Shown here in pieces: positions 17,173 through 26,307 of a DNA stretch of 38,672 nt (within the stretch, counting starts at the first letter, position 1; every line of letters starts with the position of its first letter). The position numbers were made by a program, and so were the translations under genes. Source of the stretch: Trichomonas gallinae (Eukaryota); assembly GCA_008369845.1 (NCBI GenBank), contig MRSU01004520.1, forward strand, positions 1 to 38,672. The letters are read 5' to 3'. The notes beneath the pieces were generated by a model. It searched no databases and was not told where the DNA came from. It worked only from the letters and a program-made list of their open reading frames with translations.

Positions 17173-17606
17173 TGAATAAATATTATATTAATATAAAGAA
17201 TTGGAAGAAAAAAGGATATTTTTCAAAATTTGTAAATTTATCATCCAGTCGTAGAACTTGTTATATTGATTTAGATGAAGAAATATTATAATAATAGGAA
17301 AGAATTGGAAGAATATCATATTTTTGACATGTAAATATTTATGACACATCAAATGTCAAAATAGGAAGAATTATCATTCAGTCTCAAAACATGTTATTCT
17401 GACATCAATCAGAGAAATATTATAATACAAAGAATCGAAAGAAAAGAATGATTTTGCCATGTAATATGTCAAATTTTGTATATTTACCATTCAGTCTGAA
17501 AACTTGCCATACTGCTTAGCTGAAGAAATATTATAATAATATGAAGAATCGGATGACATTATATATTATGACATGTAAATTTATCTATGACATGTAATCC
17601 GTCAAA
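17173..17606. repeat. Imperfect tandem repeat, four units of ~103-135 bp upstream of the 334-aa gene
   Basis: Units start at about 17173, 17276, 17411 and 17521 with (T)GAAGAAATATTATAATA...AAGAAT(T/C)G. TTA(T/C)CAT(T/C)CAGTC...AAC(T/A)TG occurs three times, and TG(A/C)CATGTAA occurs in units 2-4. Confidence 0.9.
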
Positions 17607-17664
17607 ATCCTCCGAAATAAAATTTAATATTGAGAGGTTTACGAAATAACACGTTAAGATTATA

Positions 17665-18669
17665 ATGAACACTGTCACAAGACCTATAACTGCTCTTATG
17701 TATCCACGAGGCACTTATAAAGCGCAAACAATCTATTTTCGTGGCGATGACATACACAAAGAGCCAGAATTTCTCGATAACGAATATCGCGCCGCAAAAT
17801 TAAAATACGATCGACTTAAAATAGAATTGGATCAAGAAAAACAGGAATTCGAAAAAGTACAGGCCGAGTTATCTAAAAGAGAGGGTTATACTGTTACTTT
17901 AGCATCTGCACTCGGCGACGATTCTAAAAATACTGAAGAAAATGCAAGACTGAGACAGCAAATCGTAAGTCTACAGGTTGAAATCGACAAATTCGATGCT
18001 GCAATTGCTGAAGCGAAAGAACAGCAACATCCAGGTTTATTGGCAACGTTGCAGAAAGAAAGAGCTTTTTACAATGCAGAAATAGAAGATTTACGCATTG
18101 CAATTTTCACAGGTATCGAAAATATCGAGAAAAATAAGCAAGAAATTGCCGAATTAGTTAAATCCGATGAATATACTTCATCTAGCATGGTTAAAAGCGA
18201 TAGAATGGCATTCCAGAAGTTTTATAACCAGCTTCGTTCTAGAATGGATAAACAATTCTCAGAATTCAGCGCAAAACAATCTGAAGCAGCGAGAGCCAGG
18301 CAAGCAAGAGGAAAACTTCCAGGCCCACTCGAATCCCTCTGCTACCAGAGGTTAGATGCAGTCTTAGAAAAGGAAGAAGTCATGAGAAACAAAGATTTTG
18401 CAGAACTTAGAAAGAAACTTACAGCACAAGTACTTATTGACCAGATAGAGACTATGAATCAAGCAATCCTGGCTTTACACGGAGAACCAACAGAAACAGC
18501 GCAGTTGAAAGACCAATATGCTCCAGAATCATCAAATACAGAAAAATCACGTGATGCCAACCAAGAAGACGTACAGACACAGACCAGGCCTACTACAAAG
18601 TCGATGACGCGAGCTTGGAAAGATATTCCAAAGCCAAGGGCGAGAACGTCAATGGCATCGCGAAATTAG
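17665..18669 (+). CDS. Hypothetical coiled-coil protein (334 aa)
   Basis: Long ORF rich in E/K/Q/A heptads; no family recognised. Confidence 0.85.
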   Translation: MNTVTRPITALMYPRGTYKAQTIYFRGDDIHKEPEFLDNEYRAAKLKYDRLKIELDQEKQEFEKVQAELSKREGYTVTLASALGDDSKNTEENARLRQQIVSLQVEIDKFDAAIAEAKEQQHPGLLATLQKERAFYNAEIEDLRIAIFTGIENIEKNKQEIAELVKSDEYTSSSMVKSDRMAFQKFYNQLRSRMDKQFSEFSAKQSEAARARQARGKLPGPLESLCYQRLDAVLEKEEVMRNKDFAELRKKLTAQVLIDQIETMNQAILALHGEPTETAQLKDQYAPESSNTEKSRDANQEDVQTQTRPTTKSMTRAWKDIPKPRARTSMASRN

Positions 18670-19347
18670 TGCTTATTTTTGTATTGTCTATCTGTATTAC
18701 TTTAAATCCCCATGATTTGTGTATTTAACGTTTTTTATTTTTATATAATTTTTTATTTATATGAATAATCGCTTTTTCGAATCCACAAAACCTTACATAT
18801 TACCATAGAAAAGCGAATGAATAGATAAAATTTCATTTAAAATTAATTTTTAATTTGAAATGAAACATATCTTTGACTTATATATGATAAATCATTGTCA
18901 ACATGTTTAGATTGATGTTGATATAACTATAATTAAGTCAATTTAAGTTAATTATTGCTCAAAATTTGAAATATATTAATATTTATTATAATAATACAAA
19001 AAGATCAGCAATTGCATTTGCAATATAATTAATTTGCCAATCAACAATAGTCAACTTTAATATACATTTCATAATGAGCAAATAAACAAACTTGATAAAT
19101 TAAATTTTCAAAAAAATATCCCATGAGTTAGAAAGTTTTACAGATTAATTAATAGATTTTCGGTCAATATATTTATTATTCATGCCTTAAAACCAGAAAA
19201 AAGCAAAAAAAAAAGTTTTGATTTTGCTGTTTCCAACAAGTAAAACAAAGAGCTATTTCACGATAAATCATCTTATATTGGAGAAGTAAACTTTTTCCCC
19301 TCAAATCTTTGTTGATTCTGGTTGTCGAATTGATGAAATTGGTTGAA

Positions 19348-19636
19348 TCAGTTGTATATGTCCTTTACGTTGACATCTATTCCAGGAACAGTGAGAAGGA
19401 GTTTGACAACTTCATGCCGAGCATATCTTGAAGCATTAATCAAAGCTGTTTTATTTTCATTGTCTTTTAGACTGAATTTGGTTGAGAATGTAGAGTGAAT
19501 CGTCAACATTAAGAATAATATGCTTCAAACACTCAGATAACCGGTCCTGATCGAGCATTTCGATAAGTGTGTCGTTCTTTATCATGCCTGGAATGGACTG
19601 GGCAATACCAACTGGATCAAACTCCATTAAACCCAT
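19348..19636 (-). pseudogene. Internally deleted ankyrin-repeat gene remnant (copy 1)
   Basis: 19636-19457 reads MGLMEFDPVGIAQSIPGMIKNDTLIEMLDQDRLSECLKHIILNVDDSLYILNQIQSKRQ*. An overlapping frame reads LKDNENKTALINASRYARHEVVKLLLTVPGIDVNVKDIYN* (one ankyrin repeat, stop at 19350-19348). Confidence 0.8.
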
Positions 19637-19831
19637 TTTTTTTTTAAAAATGTTGGTAAAATTATAAAAATGTTGGTAAATAAATATAATTATGTGAGAT
19701 TTCGAAAAAAATTCTTTAAAATTATGTTTTTTAAGAGATAAACCTTACATATAAACGAGTTCCACTTCAATGTTTTGACATTTAAAATTGTAAAGTGTCA
19801 GAATATGACGTGTAAATTAATTCGAAATTTG

Positions 19832-22567
19832 ATGGCGAAAAATTCTGCGCTTAAACCGTTAGATTTCGAAGAATACGAGAAAATTGACACGATATCGATT
19901 ACAGAGTCAAGGTCGGTATACACAGGTATCCATGTCCGCACGAATACGCTCGTTTCAATGTATGAATATCATTTTATCAGCGCAACCCCTGATGAACAGG
20001 CTAAATTCGTCAACTATGTAACAAAAATGAAAGGTTTAAACCATCCAGGACTTCTTCCTGTCATTGGTTATATACCAGGTGATGCAGATTACGGTCAATC
20101 TCCAATTGTAGTATACGAAAACCCCGGAGGAGAGAATCTAGCAGCTATAATCGATCAAATACAACTTGGAAAGAAATCCTCTACATTGGATTTTACCTCA
20201 GTAATGAAAATTATTTACGGAACAATGACAACAATCGCTTTTTTGCATGCAAATAACATAGTCCATGGCGATATACAACCATCCAGCATATTTTTAACCG
20301 AAACAAACGAAATCAAAATTGCGAGTTATGGAATATTGACGGAAAACCCAAATAAATTCGTTCAGCAACATGATGTGCATACATTACTCATGCTTTCTGC
20401 AGAAATGATTACAACAAATCAAACAGATTTAACGATTCAATCTGATATTTACGCTTTGGCGATGCTAATATATAGAATAGCAGCACCAGCACAAGTATTT
20501 AAGAGAGATCAGTTTGGTGGCTCATTTTCAGACTATATAATCAATACTTCAGGTCTTCCGCAAAATATTCGCGCTTTTTCATTCCTTTCAGACTTTATCA
20601 TTCAGGGATGGGAAAAGAACCCCGAGAATCGCCCACAGCTTCATAATATTCTTCGAGGCTTCAAGAATGATATTTTATTGTTTTGCACGAAACTGGACAA
20701 AGGAATTTTCCTTCCATACGCTGAGATAATGGAGTCACACATAGAATTTATCAATAACATAGATACTACGACGCAAGACAACTCTTTAGATCGAAATCGA
20801 TTGCGAATTTCGTTAATGGATGTGCAAAATGCCAAAATGACGAAAGAAGGTCAAGAAATAACATCATTAAAATACTTTGGAAAATCTGCACAAGAAAAAG
20901 CTTTGTTTATTATATTATTGCAAAATGCATTAATGGAAATAAGTCCAACAAAATTCGACCAAACGTGTACATGGATACTCAAAAACATAAATTTCTCGAA
21001 TAGTTCGCATTTAACTAGTTTTATTAACAATTTTTTCATCGCAGTTCGCGTTCGCTTCAAGCAAATAGATTTATACTGCAAGGTTATTATAGAACTGCTT
21101 AAATACAATCAAGCTTACTTAAATACAGATCAAATTAAAGCATTATATATTAAAAAGATTTTCGATCAAATGCTTTGCGGTGAACCATATCCATCATTAT
21201 GCTCAAATGTTTGCTTACTTCGCGAACTCTATGTCAAAAATGTATATTCCATTGAAGAAATATTAAATGAAATTAAATTGTTTTATACAAAGCGTACACG
21301 TCAAAAACGCTTAGTATGTCTCATTTTTACATGGTTTGCAAAAGAAATATACGAGCACGACAAAGAATTTTTCGATGAAATTATCGAATTATTCAAAGTT
21401 TACTGCGAAGACGTTTTCTTTCCGGAATCATACAGAGCCTTCTACGTGAATTTGAGCAAGCTCATGGAAAACGACTGGTCCGCGTGGAAAGAAAACGTCG
21501 CTGTCATTCCGCAGAAAAATACTTTGATTGGCGCAATTTTCCATGATGATCTCGATGCTTTCAAGTCTGTTGCCGACAAAATCAATCTAGATGAAGGCAT
21601 GGTGATCAACCCAGACACCTTCGAAGTCTGCTGCATTGCTAACGCGCAGCCATCTCTTTATATGTACGCGAATGTTTATGGATCGTCAAAGATTTACGAG
21701 TACATTCGCCCGAAGAAAAATGTCGGCGCTTTCGCAACTAATTTATACAAAGGTCCTGTTTGGGACAAACAGCGTAGGATGCTTCCTATATTCGCAGCAG
21801 CTGGCGGAAAAACATCTTTCTTCAGAAGATTTGCAAACAAAGAACTCGATAAACACGACGGATGCATAAACTATGCAATTCAGTTTTACCAGCAAAGTGT
21901 TTACGAATTGTTATTGCAGAAAGACATAGATCCGAGCATACCAGACAATGATGGGCGACTATCTTTCGTCGTTGCAGCAATGTCGAATAATATCGGAGTG
22001 ATGATCGATTTGCTTAACAGAGGTTTATCGCCGAGCGACACTGAAGTTTTCCAGAGAACTCCATTACATGCTGCTGCAGAATTCGGAAATACCGATGCAT
22101 TGGCGATATTGCTGGATACAAATGGAGTTGATGTCAATGCAGGGGATGCATGGAATGTGACACCACTGCATGTTGCTGCTGATAAGTGCCAAGTTGACTC
22201 CATCAAATTATTGCTGCAGACACCATCTGTAGATGTCAACGCGAGAAATGACAGTGGAAAGACACCTTTGCATTTTGCTGTGGAAACGAATTATCCATAC
22301 ATCGCAAAGCTCTTCATTGAAGTTCCATCTGTTGACATTAACGCAAAGACTAAGAGCTACAAGACTGCACTGCACATTGCTGCTAAGAAAGGAAGCGTTG
22401 AAATTGTTGAATTGCTGCTGACAAGAGATGATGTATTGCTTGGAATTGCGGATAAGAAAGGAAGAACTCCTTATATGATTGCAGTTGAGAATGAAGACGA
22501 GAAGCTCATTGAGATATTCGAGAACTTCGCTAATAAGAGGAAACAACAGGATAACTGCAGAATTTAA
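19832..22567 (+). CDS. Pseudokinase plus helical domain plus C-terminal ankyrin repeats
   Basis: Likely ATG at 19832 (MAKNSALKP; an in-frame ATG at 19805 overlaps a promoter motif). The N-terminal kinase fold has HGDIQPSS and SDIYALAM; at least 5 ankyrin repeats (TPLHAAA, TPLHVAA, TPLHFAV, TALHIAA, TPYMIA). Confidence 0.9.
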   Translation: MAKNSALKPLDFEEYEKIDTISITESRSVYTGIHVRTNTLVSMYEYHFISATPDEQAKFVNYVTKMKGLNHPGLLPVIGYIPGDADYGQSPIVVYENPGGENLAAIIDQIQLGKKSSTLDFTSVMKIIYGTMTTIAFLHANNIVHGDIQPSSIFLTETNEIKIASYGILTENPNKFVQQHDVHTLLMLSAEMITTNQTDLTIQSDIYALAMLIYRIAAPAQVFKRDQFGGSFSDYIINTSGLPQNIRAFSFLSDFIIQGWEKNPENRPQLHNILRGFKNDILLFCTKLDKGIFLPYAEIMESHIEFINNIDTTTQDNSLDRNRLRISLMDVQNAKMTKEGQEITSLKYFGKSAQEKALFIILLQNALMEISPTKFDQTCTWILKNINFSNSSHLTSFINNFFIAVRVRFKQIDLYCKVIIELLKYNQAYLNTDQIKALYIKKIFDQMLCGEPYPSLCSNVCLLRELYVKNVYSIEEILNEIKLFYTKRTRQKRLVCLIFTWFAKEIYEHDKEFFDEIIELFKVYCEDVFFPESYRAFYVNLSKLMENDWSAWKENVAVIPQKNTLIGAIFHDDLDAFKSVADKINLDEGMVINPDTFEVCCIANAQPSLYMYANVYGSSKIYEYIRPKKNVGAFATNLYKGPVWDKQRRMLPIFAAAGGKTSFFRRFANKELDKHDGCINYAIQFYQQSVYELLLQKDIDPSIPDNDGRLSFVVAAMSNNIGVMIDLLNRGLSPSDTEVFQRTPLHAAAEFGNTDALAILLDTNGVDVNAGDAWNVTPLHVAADKCQVDSIKLLLQTPSVDVNARNDSGKTPLHFAVETNYPYIAKLFIEVPSVDINAKTKSYKTALHIAAKKGSVEIVELLLTRDDVLLGIADKKGRTPYMIAVENEDEKLIEIFENFANKRKQQDNCRI

Positions 22568-22706
22568 TTGTTTTTATATTTGTTATTTTTGTGGATATTA
22601 AATTTAACTATTTATGTATTAACTATGATGCTATATGTAGAGAAACTCATGAGTTATAATAATATCATGAATAGCTGCTTTATACAAACAAAATAAAATT
22701 ATATGA

Positions 22707-23309
22707 TCATTCCGCCCATTTTCCAACTTCTTGGATATTGTCAATAAATGTATCAAGTGCTGCATCTAAACCAGCCTCTGGTGGTGTGCCAAGCACAGTT
22801 GCTTTTGCAGTTTTACGCGGATATTGTTTTTCGGGTGATTTTCTGATTTTATAGACAGGTTCTCTGCGTTTATGTTCATGTTTCTTCTGTTTTGGCTTGA
22901 ATCCAAATGAAATATCAGCTTCTGTCATTAAATTAATTGGTGCAGTTGGATTGAAATCCGAAAGTTCATTATTTCTTGATTTTCTTCTATCATCTTTGTT
23001 ATTCACTTCCACAACAGTGATCTTCGGATCTATTCTATGTGGTTCTGTGATTTTTGGATACGTTCGACTTAAATTTTCTTCTAAATCTAACTCTGGCTGA
23101 GGAGGATAGAATCTAACTGGACTAAGTGCCTTCCTTGCTAGATTATCTAGGTATTTTGTTTCACTTCTAAGGTCATCTAAAGACCATCTTGGCTTGTGGT
23201 GATGTTTGTGATATAATTTCTGCGGAGTTGCAGAGTGTCTCGCTAGTTTTGTTTCTAAGCGAGCAAACTCGAGCTCTAAAAGCTGAAATTCTTTATCTTT
23301 CGAATACAT
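22707..23309 (-). CDS. Hypothetical 200-aa basic, probably disordered protein
   Basis: ATG-started ORF with an N-terminal short helix and a K/P/H-rich remainder; no family recognised. Confidence 0.75.
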   Translation of the reverse strand: MYSKDKEFQLLELEFARLETKLARHSATPQKLYHKHHHKPRWSLDDLRSETKYLDNLARKALSPVRFYPPQPELDLEENLSRTYPKITEPHRIDPKITVVEVNNKDDRRKSRNNELSDFNPTAPINLMTEADISFGFKPKQKKHEHKRREPVYKIRKSPEKQYPRKTAKATVLGTPPEAGLDAALDTFIDNIQEVGKWAE

Positions 23310-23848
23310 TATTTTAAAATGTAAACGGCAAATTTCGAAATTTTATTATTAGACACAAAACTATTATATGAAACCTATTTGCAAATTATTTTAACAAAAG
23401 TGACAATACTTTTGTCATGTAAACTAATTTTTGACAAATAAATTGATTTTGCAGAAACAAAATAGTTCAAGAAAGATTCCATAGATCTTTCATGTATACA
23501 ATCTATATATCATATGGAATATATTGTGCAAATATTATATAAATCTTTAGTGCCAATCTGAGTGTGCAGTGTTTTAGTCAACATTTCTTGGCATAATGAA
23601 ATTCACGGAAAATAATCGTTATCGTCGTGCCATCCCCTGCCTAAAAAACGGTTGGTAGGGTTAAGGAAATTTGGTATTATTAGATAATGATACAACTCAA
23701 CATGGTGATATTTAATCATAATGACTCAGACAACTCTATGCTCCACTAGAGTGATTGAATACAAATATAGAATGTGAGCTCATTTTTTGTTGCTTTTAAC
23801 CCAAGAGATGACAAAAAATATGATGTCAACAATTGAAAATGAATAATA

Positions 23849-23930
23849 AAAGTGACAAAAATCAAAAAAGTGACATCCTAAAGGTGACAAATTATTAAAA
23901 GTGACAAATATTTTTTTTGAAAAAGGTGAC
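23849..23930 (+). promoter_or_regulatory. Five tandem AA(A/G)GTGAC elements (trichomonad M2-like)
   Basis: Copies at 23849, 23867, 23881, 23898 and 23923, directly upstream of the ATG at 23949. Confidence 0.75.
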
Positions 23931-23948
23931 GAATTTTTTAAACAGAAA

Positions 23949-24830
23949 ATGGATTCACTCTCTTATTATGCACTTGAAATTACACGAGAAATGCTTAAAG
24001 GAGAGTCGGTGAATCCAACAATATTGGATTTTCTTAAAAATTATGCCTCTACACTCAAAGTTCAACAAGATAATCAAGAAGAAAATGATCTGTTGAAGAG
24101 TGATGATGAATTTGATATGGAATATGGAACAAAATCAATAACTGAAATGCAGAATACTATTAATGTCGAAAGAACCAATACAATTAAAAAATTATATCAA
24201 GAACCAGAACAATCAGAAGATAATAAATCTCGAACACACTTTGTTACATTCAAAAAGCCTTTAACAGTTCATGAGCTCCAGAAAAGCAAGAAAAATCACT
24301 TAGACAAATTGCAAAAAAGAAGAAAAGAAATGTTTAAGCCTGTAAAGCCGGAAACATTACTACAGAACCAAAAAGAACAGCAAGGAATGCTCAAAAGGAT
24401 TGGTGCGAAGCCTTACAAAGAAACTTTATCAAATCAAGATCAAGAAGCACGCAATGAAAGGCAAAGAAGGCAAGATACTCGTAGAAGATATGGTGAAACG
24501 CTGTCAGCAACACAGAGACAACGCATTACACAAAAACCGCAGCCAGTTCAAATTATTCAAGAGAAACCAGCGCCACCATTTGATCCATCATTACGAGATT
24601 ACATTGCTAAGATAGATAAAGAGGTTCAACGCTATCATTCTTTTATCGACGAAATTTCCCAAGAAGTTAATTTGCCTAATTTCGATACAGGATATATACA
24701 TACTCTACTAGATACTCCTTTCAATCCAAATCAGAGCGGATCTGATTATCATATGCGTTTTGCAATTTTATTCCAACAACTCGAAGCACAAGAAGAAAGA
24801 ATCGAACAGCTTAAAGCTGAACTTGAATAA
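23949..24830 (+). CDS. Hypothetical charged/coiled-coil protein (293 aa)
   Basis: First ATG at 23949 (MDSLSYY); the ORF-track GTG start at 23901 lies within a promoter motif. Q/K/E/R-rich. Confidence 0.8.
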   Translation: MDSLSYYALEITREMLKGESVNPTILDFLKNYASTLKVQQDNQEENDLLKSDDEFDMEYGTKSITEMQNTINVERTNTIKKLYQEPEQSEDNKSRTHFVTFKKPLTVHELQKSKKNHLDKLQKRRKEMFKPVKPETLLQNQKEQQGMLKRIGAKPYKETLSNQDQEARNERQRRQDTRRRYGETLSATQRQRITQKPQPVQIIQEKPAPPFDPSLRDYIAKIDKEVQRYHSFIDEISQEVNLPNFDTGYIHTLLDTPFNPNQSGSDYHMRFAILFQQLEAQEERIEQLKAELE

Positions 24831-25428
24831 ATTGTTTATTTTATTAGTGCACTCAAACATCTCTAATATTTCAAAATTCAAAATATAAAAATAGTTCTAC
24901 AAATATAAAGAGTATATATTTAATAATGCAGAGATAATAAAAAGAAAAATTCGATGTTATTATTAACATAGCTGAAAAAGAATAAAATAAATTTTTTATA
25001 CCACGAAATCTGTGACTGGCAAAGTCATTTTGAAATATGTATTAAAATAGGAAAGTATTTCAAGGCCAAAACAGTAGAATCTTGAATGTTTTCAAACTTG
25101 AAGAAATTTGACAATCTGTCATGTAATTTTTTTGCAATTTATCAAGAACGAAAATAATGCTCATTTGAGTAATCTTGATACATATAGAATAGACCTGTTT
25201 TAACCAATACCAAATTCAATTACTATAAGTATTAGTCATTATATGATGATATTCATTTTAAAATCCTAAAATTTTGAACCACAAATTGCAAAACGAAATG
25301 CTATTGTGTAGAATTGATTTTGAAGTTTTGACATTGTAAAGTGTCAAACGACAGATTTAGTAAGCAATCAATTGGCACTTTTTAAAAGACGTTAGCGAAA
25401 CCTTTACATTTTTTTTTAGATTTTTAAA

Positions 25429-25797
25429 ATGAGTTTTTCTAGCTCACCACGTAAATCATTTAACAGTAGAAGTAGTCTACATGTCTCAGATCTCGGTGAT
25501 ACAGCAACATCATCGCGCCTAGCAATGAAGAATTTTGAATTATCAGCAAACGATGAAGAATTCGTTCAAACATGCGCACAACAGAGTCGTGACATTCAGT
25601 CCGTTAGAAAGGATATACAGGTTCTTATGACAAAAGCATCTGGATATTGTAAAAATACAGGTTTATCTAATGACTCCGCTGAGCTTCCTTCTACGCCACC
25701 AAGATACAATGGAAAAACTAAATTCTCAGCACCAGCTTCTCCATACTCTCCAAGAAATCAAAGTGGCTCTGGATTTTTCAATTCTTCCCTTCTTTAG
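25429..25797 (+). CDS. Hypothetical 122-aa Ser/Pro-rich protein with a short coiled coil
   Basis: ATG ORF with several S/TP sites (SSPRK, STPPR, SPYSPR); CCTTT (M5-like) at 25401. Confidence 0.72.
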   Translation: MSFSSSPRKSFNSRSSLHVSDLGDTATSSRLAMKNFELSANDEEFVQTCAQQSRDIQSVRKDIQVLMTKASGYCKNTGLSNDSAELPSTPPRYNGKTKFSAPASPYSPRNQSGSGFFNSSLL

Positions 25798-26307
25798 ATT
25801 TCCAGAGAAATATAGTGTCATAATGTTACTACAGAGATAGCATATATATTGTTTATTAATAAAAAACGTTGATACGTTCATATTTTCTTCTACTTATGAA
25901 TTTCTCTTATTTTCAGCAAATATGGATAATGCTAAAATCCTTTTAAACAGTTTTAAAACCGTTATATACTAAGCAGATATTGAAATTAGACAAATTTGTT
26001 ATGAAATCTATATTCTAATAATATCCTTGCCATATTACGATTTTTCACATATCTGTATTATAAAAATTTGTTACTCACATGCATTTCATATAATTTATCT
26101 CTTTTTTAAAATTCTTGTATATTTTATTCGGCATTACATATATCCTTAGAAATCATCCAAAAAAATAATGTATTATGAAATATTGTTAATTTCCCAAATT
26201 TTGAGACTCAATGAATGTTTAATATTTTTTGATAAATTAATTAAAAATTATAATGATTTGGATAGATAGAAAATAATATTTATAATATTACAAACAAAAT
26301 ATAAAAA

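Noticed and set aside
19775..19831. N-terminal extensions from non-ATG starts in the ORF track (19775, 23901, 33190, 35467)
   Set aside because: Eukaryotic locus; these starts fall inside promoter motifs, and downstream ATGs give sensible N-termini.
23635..23660. Small hairpin CCCTGCC...GGTAGGG with AACGGTT in the loop
   Set aside because: Only 7 bp with a G-U pair; no further structure or snoRNA boxes that I can support.
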